Assembly: GCF_964204645.1 (NCBI RefSeq)
Contig: NC_134028.1
Span: 13,005,263 to 13,069,262 of the forward strand
Direction of reading: 5' to 3'
Source: Tubulanus polymorphus
Lineage: Eukaryota > Animalia > Nemertea
Length of the DNA: 64,000 nt
Below the pieces are notes generated by a model that had not been told where the DNA came from, ran no database searches, and saw only the letters and a list, made by a program, of their open reading frames with translations. Of this stretch, positions 36,301-47,860 are shown piece by piece. Each line of letters opens with the position of its first letter. Position 1 is the stretch's first letter. The translations under genes were made by a program, and so were the position numbers.

Positions 36301-38434
36301 ACAAGAAACTTACCTTATTGCCAAGAACATTTAACTGTAGATGATAGTTATTTAAGTGAATACCAGAAGAAAATAAAACCGAAAGATCATGTTTTTACAG
36401 AAAAATTAATACTTACTCAAAATAATAAATACAATTATATTGTTCATTATAGAATGTTAAAATTTTATCTAAAACAAGGAATGAAATTAAAGAAAGTACA
36501 TAGATATATTGAATTTAATCAATCGAAGTGGTTAGAAAAATATATAGATTTCAATACTCAACAGAGAACCATATCAAAAACAGATTTCGAAAAAGATTTC
36601 TTCAAATTAATGAACAATAGTTTTTATGGTAAAACATGTGAAAATATTAGAAATAGAAATGATATTGAATTAGTAAATAATTCTGAAAGATTAAGACTCC
36701 TACAATCAAGTCCTAGACATTTAGGAAATAAAAGATTTGAAGATTATTAAACAGCAGTTAAATTAAAAAGAACGTCAATGAAATTTAATAAACCTATATT
36801 CATTGGTTCAACTGTTTTAGAAGTATCAAAATTATTAATGTATGATTTTTATTATAATGTTTTACAGCCACTTTTTGGGGAAAAGCATATTGAAATATTA
36901 TATTTTGATTCTGTAACAGCTGACACCCCAATATTATTAAAATGTAATGATAAAATATTGATATGAAGAATTTCAGAAATAATTCCAAAACAAAATGAAT
37001 GTTATATTTCATATGGTGAAAAAGAATTAATACAAATAAATGGATTAATGGATGTTTGGACAAGAAATGGATGGAAAAAATTAAAGAATATTATTAGGCA
37101 TAAAACAAATAAGAAAATCTATATAGAGTTAGAACTAAATTAGGGTTTGTTGATGTTACAGAAGACCATAGTTTAATTAAACGAAATGGTAATGAAATAA
37201 AACCAACTGATATAAAAATTGGAGATGAATTATTACATAAAAGATTTTTCTAAAGAATATGAATCATATGTCATTTGATGAAATTATTGATAATATTTAT
37301 AATATAGAACCCGAAACATTAGAAGAAAAAGAATATTTTATCAAAGGATTTTTCATGGGTGATGGTTCAGCAGGTTTGTATAATTATGTTAATCGCACTC
37401 AATATTGCTGGTATTTATGCAATCAAGATTTGAAATTATTAGAAAGAATAAAGAAATTCTGTGAAGAAGTTTATTCACATAAAACATTCAAAATCATAGA
37501 TATTATGAAATCATCGCAATGTTATAGAATACATGTGAATAATCCTAAAGATTTTGCTACAAAATATAATGACGAATTCTAGATCCATGCAATAGTTAAA
37601 AGTAATACTTCAACTAAAGAAAAGATAGTTCCAGATTATGTATTAAATTCAAAATATAATTTAAGAAAATGGTTCTTCATTGGATTCTATACTGCAGATG
37701 GTTCAAAAAAATATACGAGATCTCCAGTAATAACATTTGCGCAAAAAGGAAAAGTTTTTATATCAGGATTGAATATATTATGCAGTTCATTAGGATTTAA
37801 TATGAATATAGAATTAATTAAATCTAAACCAAATTGTTTTAATTTAAGGCATACAGAAAAAGATTTAACTGAAGAAGTTAAAGATTTATTTGAAATATAT
37901 AACCCATCAGATTATGTTTATGATTTATCAACTGAAGATGGTACATTTAACTGTGGATTTCCATTAATAGCAGTCAATACTGACGCCTACATACTAAAAA
38001 TCAAGACAAATGACATAACAAAAGACTTAAAAACATTAAAACATCATTTTGATCTTAGCAATTATCCCGAAGATCATGAACTATTTAGCAATGATAATAA
38101 AAAGATTCCTGGTAAGTTTAAAGATGAATTAGGGGGTGATAAAATGATTGAATTTGTTGGGATAAGAAGTAAAATGTATAGTTACAGAACAAAAGATCAT
38201 GAAGCTAAAAAGTTAAAAGGAATAACAAAACATGTGGTTGATAAACATATAGAATTTCAAGATTATATAAAGTGTTTATATAACTCAATTGTAATGAAAC
38301 ATAAAATGAATTGTTTAAGATCAGAAGATCACGAGATGTACATTAATGAAGTTGAAAAAACTAGTTTAAATCCATTTGATGATAAAAGACATATTTCAGA
38401 TGATGGTATAAAAACATTACCTTATGGTTATTAA
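33376..38434 (+). pseudogene. Protein-primed PolB with N-terminal zinc fingers, putative vOTU-like protease region, exonuclease with EndoVII insertion, and an intein in motif C
   Basis: NEDNKCFLW, YGDFES, RDHDH..YRGAAH..CNL, FHNLSGYD, FLDSYRF, LYLKSDV, IRGGIS, YIDANNLYG, KLMNNSFYGK, YFD[intein]TD, FDDKR; several stops and frameshifts. Confidence 0.94.
36910..37978 (+). mobile_element. Intein with LAGLIDADG homing endonuclease (~356 aa, decayed) in pPolB motif C
   Basis: Block A SVTADTPILL; block B VDVTEDHSL; blocks C/E IKGFFMGDG and FIGFYTADG; block F YVYDLSTEDGTF; C-terminal N followed by extein +1 Thr; absent from the homologous pPolB at ~700. Confidence 0.93.
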
Positions 38435-38524
38435 AATGGATCAATATCATCAAACTCGAAATCACTATTCCTTTCTTCTTTTTCATTTAATTGTTCTTGT
38501 ATAATTTGTTTAGGCTCTTCCATT

Positions 38525-39184
38525 TCATTCCATTTCAAATGGAATTATAATATCTATGTTTAAATAATTTACAATCTTATTTAAAAAGAATTCATAATTT
38601 ATTGAATCTGTTATTCTATTTTCCAAATAATACATTAATATTTGTTTAAATATTTTTTTTATATTTTCCATATCTTCTTCTGTTAATTTAGGTTTTTCAT
38701 AATAATCGTTAAATAATAAATATAAATACATTTTCTTCTGTTTTGTGTTAAATGTTGACGGAATAATTGTTTTTATAATATCTTTTTTAGTTATCTCACC
38801 ATTTTTATTTTCTATCATTTTCATTTTTTCAAGCCATTGCATATATTCCGGTGTATGATCTTCTATAGAAAATATTTTAAAAATTTCATCTAGATAATAT
38901 AATTTTGGATCTATGAGAAAATTTCTAGTTTTTTCTTCACCCCATAAATTCTTTTGCCATCCATAATCAACACAAAATAACACAGTACCTTCTTGTCTTA
39001 AGGTCACATAACTACATTGTGGACATTTTCGTTTATAATTTATTGTTAATAGATCTTCATTAAGCTCTTGGTATTTTCTTACGTTTTCTTTATGTTTTAT
39101 TGTTCTATTATGTAGATTTGAATTACTTGTTGTAATAATCAATTTACAATATTTACAATAATATGTTTTTCTTGTTAATTCATT
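38525..39184 (-). CDS. Zn-ribbon protein, possibly poxvirus late transcription factor VLTF3(A2)-like; 5' end damaged
   Basis: CPQC...CVDYG ribbon and C-terminal SINYEFFLNKIVNYL resembling the VLTF3 NFLNYxYVLYK motif (by eye only). Confidence 0.42.
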   Translation of the reverse strand, partial: NELTRKTYYCKYCKLIITTSNSNLHNRTIKHKENVRKYQELNEDLLTINYKRKCPQCSYVTLRQEGTVLFCVDYGWQKNLWGEEKTRNFLIDPKLYYLDEIFKIFSIEDHTPEYMQWLEKMKMIENKNGEITKKDIIKTIIPSTFNTKQKKMYLYLLFNDYYEKPKLTEEDMENIKKIFKQILMYYLENRITDSINYEFFLNKIVNYLNIDIIIPFEME

Positions 39185-39259
39185 ATATTATTTTTTAACT
39201 TTTCAACTGTTTCTTTATTATCTGGTAACGTTTTCTCATATTTTATTTTTTCTAATATA

Positions 39260-39685
39260 TTATTTTTTTCTTTCATTGAATTCAATTTCAAATTTATTAG
39301 AAATTTTATCTATATGTGCTTTACGAAATTGATGATTCTCCCAATCTTCTATATTTTCAGGGCTATATTTTATTCGACAAGGCTCGCAGAAATGATCTTT
39401 TATATTATCCTTGTCATAGAATAAGAAAGGTCTTTTCCAAATAATTTCAGGTTCAACTTCAACAGAATTACTATTACTTTCGTTACTATCAACATTAGCC
39501 ATTGCGCCATTAATTTTGCACTTCTCTGAGTGTTTTTTAACATAATTTCTTGAGAATAATTTATTAAATTTTGGACAGTTTAGTTTAGGGGGTTTATAAT
39601 TTTCTTCATGTTTTTTCATATGTCGAGCCATATTACTTTTTCTTAGAAGTTCACCACAAATTTCACATGCTATCTTCTCATCCAT
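39260..39685 (-). CDS. C2H2 zinc-finger protein (141 aa)
   Basis: CEIC...HMKKH and CEPC...H...H; TAAATG start. Confidence 0.75.
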   Translation of the reverse strand: MDEKIACEICGELLRKSNMARHMKKHEENYKPPKLNCPKFNKLFSRNYVKKHSEKCKINGAMANVDSNESNSNSVEVEPEIIWKRPFLFYDKDNIKDHFCEPCRIKYSPENIEDWENHQFRKAHIDKISNKFEIEFNERKK

Positions 39686-39769
39686 TTATTTAGGAAAAAT
39701 TTTATTAAAATTAATTTTTAGTGATGAGCGGTAATTTTTATGTTATATGTTTATTTTATGTTATAAATA

Positions 39770-40531
39770 ATGGTAGAATTAAAAGAATACAGAATATTTG
39801 TTGATTCAAGAAAACTTACAAATTATAAATCTCATAATTTACTAGTACAATTAGATAGAGAATTTAAGAATTGTGTTGATTTAAAATTAGTAAATATAAG
39901 TTTATGTAATTCTTTTTATAATATATCGGATAAAACTATTGAAGATAATACTGTTTTAATTCATATTAGAAATGTAGATAAATGGTTTCATCTAATTTTA
40001 AAACCAGGATTATATAATTTAGAAACATTAGCTCAAGAAATTAATCGTAGAGCACGGTTGAAAATTAGAAGAGATGATAAATTTTTAATTAGATTTATAA
40101 AAAGTGATAGCACAAACAAAATTAAAATAAAGTTATATGATGAAAGTCAACATGCATTTATGGTAAAAAAAAACCTATAGCTAAACTGTTAGGAATTGTA
40201 CCAGATACTGTTACAGGAAACGTAGATGGTAATTCAAATATAATACCTTTTACACACTTTTATTATTTATTGCAATTTAATCGAGCCTACAAAAACTTTC
40301 GAAGCAACTAAAGAAACAATTTGTAGTTCTAGTATACTAAATATTTTACCGCTAAAAAATGTTAAACAATTTGGAACTCAAATAAATTATAATTTAACAG
40401 AATGTGATTTTAAACCTTGCATTCCTCAATTTAATAATTTTAAATTAGAAATAAGAAATCATAATGGATATTTAATTGATTTGAATAACTTTCCTGTGAT
40501 ATATGAATTAGTTATAAGATGTAGAGAGTAA
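39770..40531 (+). pseudogene. Putative minor capsid protein (penton), copy C, frameshifted in homopolymer runs
   Basis: MVELKEYRIFVDSR...; homologous to 1638-2401. Confidence 0.68.
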
Positions 40532-40547
40532 TTTTTTCATTATATAA

Positions 40548-40898
40548 ATGAATATAACTGTTGGGCCGAGCATATGTTTTGGATTTGATTTTAAACGTGA
40601 GAAAGAAATGAAATTTAACGTTAATGATGTAATTACACATATCAAAAATATTACATTTTCTAATGAAACAACATTTGAGTATGAAACAACAATAGATAAA
40701 GAAACTTTGAATGTAGAAAAGATTACTAATTTAATTAGAGAATCTTTAAGATTTTATGAATTAGATGAAGATTTTATCATCGATGATATTAAAAATATAA
40801 TAATTGAAATATATACAAATGAAACTAGTAATGAAATAAATGTTGAATTAATCATAAATAAAAAAATATTTTGATGATAGTAATTTTTTGATAAATAA
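40548..40898 (+). pseudogene. Polinton hypothetical gene (113-aa family), frameshifted at 3' end
   Basis: MNITVGPSICFGFDFK. Confidence 0.7.
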
Positions 40899-41144
40899 AT
40901 GAGTGATAATAAGTGGATAATAACTGGATTATATAATGGCGCCTTACTATCAGTTGGAACTGTTGATTATTCAATGGTATTAAAAAAAGTATCAAAAATG
41001 GGAAGTGTTAATGTTGATAGATTTGATATAAATGATATTTTAAAATTAACATTAGCAGTTACTTTATCTAATTTAACTATTGTTTATTTAGAAAAACAAA
41101 AATATATTCCTCCCATACAAATGCGTAATTATTTTACTAAATAA
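40899..41144 (+). CDS. Small hydrophobic Polinton protein (stop lost, 81 aa)
   Basis: Homolog of 6470-6691. Confidence 0.72.
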   Translation: MSDNKWIITGLYNGALLSVGTVDYSMVLKKVSKMGSVNVDRFDINDILKLTLAVTLSNLTIVYLEKQKYIPPIQMRNYFTK

Positions 41145-41567
41145 ATGGCTTCTGCAGTTATAACTATTATAGGATCGGCACTTGTTAACGCTTTAGCATT
41201 TACTGGTGGCGGTTATTTATTTAAACATATTGATAAAAATGGATCATTAACAGAACAAAAAAGACATAACTTAGCATTAGAGAAATATAATAAAGCAGCA
41301 GAAGAATATAGAGAAAAGAGGCAAAACTATATGGATTATATTAACAAAGAATTATATGATCAGAAGATTTCACATAGAGATTTTCAATCAGTCGATGATG
41401 CAATGAGTTTATATAACGCGGTAACCAATAAAGAAAAATTTCATCTATACAAACCTAAATTATCAGATTATTATACCCCAAGTAATGAACAGAAGAAATA
41501 TGAAATAATTTGGATTTTAGGGGGAACAGTTATTGTTATATTTGTCGCTTATAAGTTTACTAATTAG
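41145..41567 (+). CDS. Polinton membrane-associated protein (140 aa)
   Basis: Homolog of 6716-7138. Confidence 0.78.
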   Translation: MASAVITIIGSALVNALAFTGGGYLFKHIDKNGSLTEQKRHNLALEKYNKAAEEYREKRQNYMDYINKELYDQKISHRDFQSVDDAMSLYNAVTNKEKFHLYKPKLSDYYTPSNEQKKYEIIWILGGTVIVIFVAYKFTN

Positions 41568-41586
41568 TAATTTTTTTGCTAAATAA

Positions 41587-42012
41587 ATGGATGATAATAT
41601 TGATATTATTCCTCATGATATAAATAAAACTAAATTAAAAACATATTTAGAAAAGCAAATATTAGAATTTGAAAGTGACTTAAAAGTTAAAAAGAAAAAA
41701 TATTTAAAATCTAAAATTATATATTATTTGATTATAAGTGGTTCGGTTACAATTAGTTCTGTAATAACATTTCTGGCAATATTCAGTCCATTAACACCTT
41801 TAGCTATATCAATTGGTGTATTAGGATTAAGTTCAAGTGTTTTAACTGGTTTAAGTTCAAAATTAAATATAAAAAGTAATAAAGAAAAAATTAAAACTGA
41901 TATAAAAGAAATTAATGAATTAAAGAATACACTAGATTATATAATAAGTTTAAATGGTCATATAACAGTTGAAGAACAAGATAAATTATTAAAAGAATTA
42001 ATAAATTATTAA
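41587..42012 (+). CDS. Polinton two-TM protein (141 aa)
   Basis: Homolog of 7159-7584. Confidence 0.75.
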   Translation: MDDNIDIIPHDINKTKLKTYLEKQILEFESDLKVKKKKYLKSKIIYYLIISGSVTISSVITFLAIFSPLTPLAISIGVLGLSSSVLTGLSSKLNIKSNKEKIKTDIKEINELKNTLDYIISLNGHITVEEQDKLLKELINY

Positions 42013-42028
42013 TTTTTTTATTATATAA

Positions 42029-43347
42029 ATGGTAGATAGTTTTCCAAAAGCTTTCCAATATAATAAATCAATTAAATATAATATTCCAGCAATAGATTTA
42101 AATAAAGATATTACATATAGAAATGAAGTTTTAGATTCATTAATTGATTTATATATTTATGTTACTGAAAGTAATAATTTTCATGTAAAGATGGAAAATA
42201 TATTTCATGTGTATACAATTAATTTTAAAAATTTAAATGAGGCAAAACAATGGTTATTAAAATCTAATATGAAGTATTGGCAGAACCAATTGAATTTTGC
42301 TGTTTATTGCGCAACAACAGGATGTGGAATTAGTTGGAATGATCATTTAAACTAACCAAGTTTACCATTGATGTTATCTCTTTTTAGATTTCATACATAT
42401 TTTCAAATAAAAATTAATATTAGATGAATTAGAATGTCCTTTACCAGGTTCAAAATATTTTAAAGAATTGAATAATAATATTAATTTTTCTAAGTTTTAT
42501 AAAATATGTAATGAATTTAATATTAATTCAAATAAAGATTTTAGAGCAAAAATTGGAACAATGGGTGGATTAGGAATATTATATACTAAAGAATTTGGAA
42601 AAATAATGACAAATTCAGATATAAGAACACTAAATTGGAATGAATTACCAAAATATTATAATAATATACAACAACAAAACAATAATGGTTGGGTTAATTT
42701 CATTTTAGAAAACAGTGAAGGTTTTACTCAAGCTGGTATACAAAGAATCTATTAGAACTTATTTAATTTGTATTTTAGGCGCGCAAGTTGAAACAAGATC
42801 ACCAATAATTGGAAACGATAACACTTCATTCGATGCGCAGAAACAATTTAAAGTATTATTTGAAGATTCAATTCATAATGATAAAAATAGATCGATTCCA
42901 GAAAACATTGTAAGATATCAAAATTATTTAGATAAATCACATATTAGATTAAATTATTGTATAGGCCCTAATCTATTAATTATTTCTAATGATTTAGTAT
43001 TAAAGATGGGAAACATAATTGGTTACAATAATCTAATTAAAACTGCAACAATAAATAATTCATTTGGATTGAATGATATAAATAAAAAGATTATTACTGC
43101 TCCAAAATTAATGGAAGGTGAAAAAAATAAAAAACACATTCAATCAACAGAAACTAAAACTAATAATATTAAATTAAATAATGATTCTAAAATAAAAGAT
43201 TACAATACATCAGAAAATATAAAAACTGATAATATTCAACATGATATAATTAAAAATGATAATGATAATAAATTCCATGAAAATACTAAATTAGCTTTAA
43301 CTTGTATAGGAATTCTTATAGGAGGAATATTATATTTTAAATTTTAA
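42029..43347 (+). pseudogene. Conserved Polinton hypothetical protein with C-terminal TM, fragmented
   Basis: Three ORF pieces collinear with the copies at 7601 and 11035. Confidence 0.75.
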
Positions 43348-43363
43348 TTTTTTTATTATATTA

Positions 43364-44823
43364 ATGGATGTAAAAGGTGGAGAAGATATTGGAATAGATC
43401 CTTTTGATGAACCTTACATAACTGATGAACAACCACCTGATTTTAGTGAAACAAGTTTTAAAGGCGGTAATGAGCCAGGACGTAATTCTAATTTAAATAC
43501 ACCTGAATTTATTGATAAAACTCTTTCAAAGATAAGTATTGAAAATGAAGTACCAGAATTAACAGAATAAGAATACAAATATAATGAAATTGCTAGTGAT
43601 TTTAAACCAATATTAAAAAGATCTGGTTTCAATATACCAAATAAAGGTATGGATAAATTAGTAAAAGATTTAAAATTTTTTAGATGGTAATTATTATTGG
43701 AAATTGAAAGGCGACTATTATTTTAAGATTTCAAATCTTAAAAGTAACGATAAAATAATAACACAATCAACTTTTAATTTATTTAAACCAGATAGAATTA
43801 AGAAAATCATTAATGATGTTATAACTGATGTTACACAAGAAGAAAGAGATGATAATATAAAAGAATTTAAAAAAAGAAATGATTATTTTTTTGAAGATAA
43901 TTAATGAAAATTTAAGACAAAAAAAAATTCTTAAAGAAGTTATTAATTCCAAAACTAGTAAACCTAATTCAAGAGAAGTTCAAACTGAAAAACTTTTACC
44001 GAATGGATTAATTGATGCAACAGATCAACAATTAGAAGATTTAAATAATATATTTTCTGTTGAAGCAATTAGAGAAATTAAAAGTATAAGACTTGCATCT
44101 GATAAAATTGCGCATGATAAAAGTATAAGAGATATTGAAATTAGAAATTTAGAAAAAGAATTAACTGATAAAAATAAAGAAATAGAACAATTAAAGTCTG
44201 ATTTAGATCATCAAGTAATTGATGAAATAGAATATAGGCAAAAAGAATAACGTTTAGAAAAAGAAAAAGATGATTTAGAATATAACATAGAATTACAAAA
44301 AGAAGAAATTAAATTATTGTTAAAATCATATGATTATAATATAAATAGATTAAAAATAACTTTTAAAGATTTGTTGATAAAACCAGATTCTAAAATATCA
44401 TTGAAAGATAGAATAAAGTTATTATTTAAATTAGAAGGAATAACAATTCTTTCAATTCTAACAGCTGTAACTATGTTATTTACAACAATTGGTTTAGCAA
44501 TATCAAATTCTTTAAAATCTACTCCTACTCCAAATAAACCAGATAAACCGCCGAATGATGATAATTCTATACAAGATAAAGTTAAAGATGGTTTGAAAAA
44601 ATTAGCAAAATATTTATGGGAACTATCTAAAAAATCTGCTGCAGCTTTACCAGGAATTATTGCGTCAACTGTTGGTTTTATATTGAAATCTGCTGGGAAT
44701 ATTCTTAACTTTGCTGCTGAACATATTATTTTATTTCTAATTACAGTTGTAAGTGCTATTATTTTTGGGTTAGTGAATATGATATCAAAAAGATATCAAG
44801 AAAAAATAATAAAAAATAAATAA
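43364..44823 (+). pseudogene. Large acidic/coiled-coil protein with C-terminal hydrophobic segments, fragmented
   Basis: ORF pieces at 43364, 43704, 43879 and 44317; homolog at 12173-13623. Confidence 0.7.
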
Positions 44824-44843
44824 TTAATTTTTTTGTTAAATAA

Positions 44844-46091
44844 ATGAGTGGGAGTTATATAAGTCCTTCTAAGATTTCTAGAATATCTAATGCTATTAAA
44901 GCAGAAAGATCTCATCATATAATTACTCATAATCCTTCAAATATTAATCCCGATGAAACTTTATATGTTAGAATTCCTAGATTAACACAAAATACTTTTT
45001 ATGTTCCAAATAGTATTTATTTATCAGCTGATATAAAAGTAACTGGTCATGATAATAATTATGTTGTTGATAATGTTGGGAGATATTTGATTAAAAAATT
45101 AACTATAAAGATTGGTCCAGAAACAGTTTTCTCATTAGATGATTATAATTTATTTATGCATTATAAAGATTTATGGTTAACTAAAGAAAATAGAAATAAT
45201 ATGATATTTCAGGGTATTCAATCGGAAAACCATAATAAATTAAGATCAGGAGCTAATGACGCAAAAGTAACTCGTGCCACAGATAATTTGATTAAAAAGA
45301 TTTATGGAAGCAAATATAAAATTCCATTAGACTTTGAATTGAAAAATAATAATGCACCTTTATATAAATACGCAATTCAAGAAGATATTATATTTGAGAT
45401 AACATTTGCTCCTGTAAATGAAATTGTATTATCTAGCGTTGTTAAAGATATGGGTTATAAATTATCGAATATATGTTTAGAATATGACACAGTAACTAAT
45501 GAAAATATTGCTAGCACAATTCAAACTCAATACAATCAAGGATTTTCATTATTATATGATTATATTGATAAATTTAAAACTGTAACTATTAATGCAAATG
45601 ATGAAATAATTAATGAGAATATTAACTTCCCAAGAAGATCTATTAAAGGTATATTCATATTTTTTACCATTGCAACATATACTAATGGCGCAATAAAGGT
45701 AGATAATTATTATAATCCTGAAATAACAAAAATAGAAATAACTATCGAAGGAATAGCAAATAAAATATTTTGTCAAGGAATGAGAATGATAGATCAGTGG
45801 CCAGAAATTAGAAAACATTTTATGAATGAAAAAGTAAAATCATTTGAAAATTGTAATATTAATCAAATTGATTATTATACCGGCAATAAATATGCATTAT
45901 GGTTAGATTTTAGAACAACAGAGGATGATTCATTACATGGTTCTGGAAAAAAATTACAAAACACTAAAGATGGAATACAATTATTCATGACAAAGAAAAA
46001 AGGAAGCCTAAATTTCAAAATGCATATTCATATTATATCTGACGCACAATTAAATATTGTAAATTCTCAATTAGATAGTATTCAATATTAG
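44844..46091 (+). CDS. Polinton major capsid protein (415 aa, open frame)
   Basis: As for 13644; complete ORF with TAAATG start. Confidence 0.82.
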   Translation: MSGSYISPSKISRISNAIKAERSHHIITHNPSNINPDETLYVRIPRLTQNTFYVPNSIYLSADIKVTGHDNNYVVDNVGRYLIKKLTIKIGPETVFSLDDYNLFMHYKDLWLTKENRNNMIFQGIQSENHNKLRSGANDAKVTRATDNLIKKIYGSKYKIPLDFELKNNNAPLYKYAIQEDIIFEITFAPVNEIVLSSVVKDMGYKLSNICLEYDTVTNENIASTIQTQYNQGFSLLYDYIDKFKTVTINANDEIINENINFPRRSIKGIFIFFTIATYTNGAIKVDNYYNPEITKIEITIEGIANKIFCQGMRMIDQWPEIRKHFMNEKVKSFENCNINQIDYYTGNKYALWLDFRTTEDDSLHGSGKKLQNTKDGIQLFMTKKKGSLNFKMHIHIISDAQLNIVNSQLDSIQY

Positions 46092-46121
46092 AAATATAAA
46101 GTTAAAATTAAGGATATATAA

Positions 46122-47249
46122 ATGGGCGGTAAAAAAACTCCTAATACTAAAGAACAATATTTAAGAAATTTATATTACAACCCTGAGAGTTCGGTTGCTT
46201 ATTCTTCTACCAAAAATATATGGCGTCAAGTAAAACAAGATAAATTAGATAGATAATCCCACAAAATTTAGTTAAATATATAGATATAAATGAATTTATG
46301 TTAGAACAACCAACATACACAACACATAAAAAAATTGTTAGAAAATATAAAACTCGTAAAACTATGGTAAGTTATGTAGATCAACAGTGGCAAGGAGATT
46401 TAATTGATATGAAAAATGTTAAGAAAGATAATGATGATTATTGGTGGTTATTGAATATAATTGATATTTTTAGTCGTTATGTATGGAGCTTCCCAATTTA
46501 TAGAAAAGATGCTGTACAAACATCAAATGTTTTGAGAAAATTTCTTTCGGATGATAAACTAAAACCAGAAAAAAATACAATTTGATGATGGAAAAGAATT
46601 TGATAATTCACTTGTTCATGAACTCTTAGACAATCATAATATTAAATATTTTTCAACAAAATCGGATAAAAAAGCGGCAGTTGTTGAACGATTTAATAGA
46701 ACATTAAGAACAAGAATGTGGAAATATTTTACAGCAAATAATACTTTTAATTGGATTGATGTTTTACCAAAATTGATAGAAGGATATAATAATTCTTATC
46801 ATTCTTCTATTGGAATGAAACCTATTGATGCTAGAAAACCTGAAAATGCTGAAATTGTTTGGAATAATTTATATGGAGCATTTCTTGTAAATGATTTTGG
46901 TGAACCTAAATTTAAAGTTGGTCAAAATGTTAGAATTTCTAAGTATAAAAAGATATTTGACAAGGGATACGATCGAAATTTTACTAGAGAAATATATAAA
47001 ATAAAAAAGGTAATAACAACAAAACCATATGTCTATAAATTAGAAGATTTAGATGGTGAAGAAGTTGATGGCTACTTTTATGAAGAAGAATTGAGTTTAA
47101 CTACTGAAAATCTAGAACAAGAATATAAAATTGAAAAAGTATTAAAAACAAAAACTATTAATAGAAAAAAATATTCTTTAGTTAAATGGGTTGGATGGCC
47201 AGATAAATTCAATGAATGGATATTGTCAAGTAAAATTAAAAATATATAA
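46122..47249 (+). pseudogene. Retroviral-like integrase with C-terminal chromodomain, frameshifted
   Basis: WQGDLIDM, IDIFSRY, FDDGKEF, VERFNRTL, LVKWVGWPDKFNEW. Confidence 0.92.
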
Positions 47250-47858
47250 ATGAATAAGGAATTATTTATATTTGAACCTCATAATATGTTAATTTCTGGC
47301 GTAACAAATTGTGGAAAAACTTATTTCATATTAAATTTATTAGAAACTGTTTATAAAAACTATTTTGATAATATAGTATTATTTTGCCCAACATATGAAT
47401 TTAATCAAACTTATGATAGAAATATTACTAGAAATAATAAATTTATTATATTAGATCCTAAAACAGTAAAAGAAAATTTAGATAATTGTATTAAAATAGC
47501 AATTGATATTTATAAAGGATCAAATACATTATTTATCATAGATGATTGCGCAAATTTACATGATTCAAAAGTTAGAGAAAGTGAGTTATGCTATATAGCT
47601 TTTTCTGGCAGACATTTTGGGATAACAACTTGGATTTTGAATCAAAAATATAATTCAATTGTTAAAGACTTTAGAGAAAACATTAGATTTCTAGTTTTAT
47701 TCTACAATAAAGATAGAAAATCGATGAAAAATGCACTTGAGGAAAATGATATTATTCCACATGATTTACATAATGAATATATGGATAAGTTGAAAAATAT
47801 TAAAAGATCAAAATTACTATTTAGATTACAACACCCATTTAAATATGAATTTATTTAA
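47250..47858 (+). CDS. A32/FtsK-like DNA packaging ATPase
   Basis: GVTNCGKT, FIIDDC, SGRH. Confidence 0.9.
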   Translation: MNKELFIFEPHNMLISGVTNCGKTYFILNLLETVYKNYFDNIVLFCPTYEFNQTYDRNITRNNKFIILDPKTVKENLDNCIKIAIDIYKGSNTLFIIDDCANLHDSKVRESELCYIAFSGRHFGITTWILNQKYNSIVKDFRENIRFLVLFYNKDRKSMKNALEENDIIPHDLHNEYMDKLKNIKRSKLLFRLQHPFKYEFI

Positions 47859-47860
47859 AT

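Noticed and set aside
36910-37978. Group I or spliceosomal intron, or Hedgehog-type Hint domain, as alternatives to an intein
   Set aside because: No GT-AG ends; the insertion is in frame at codon boundaries, coding throughout, and has N- and C-terminal splicing blocks flanking a LAGLIDADG domain
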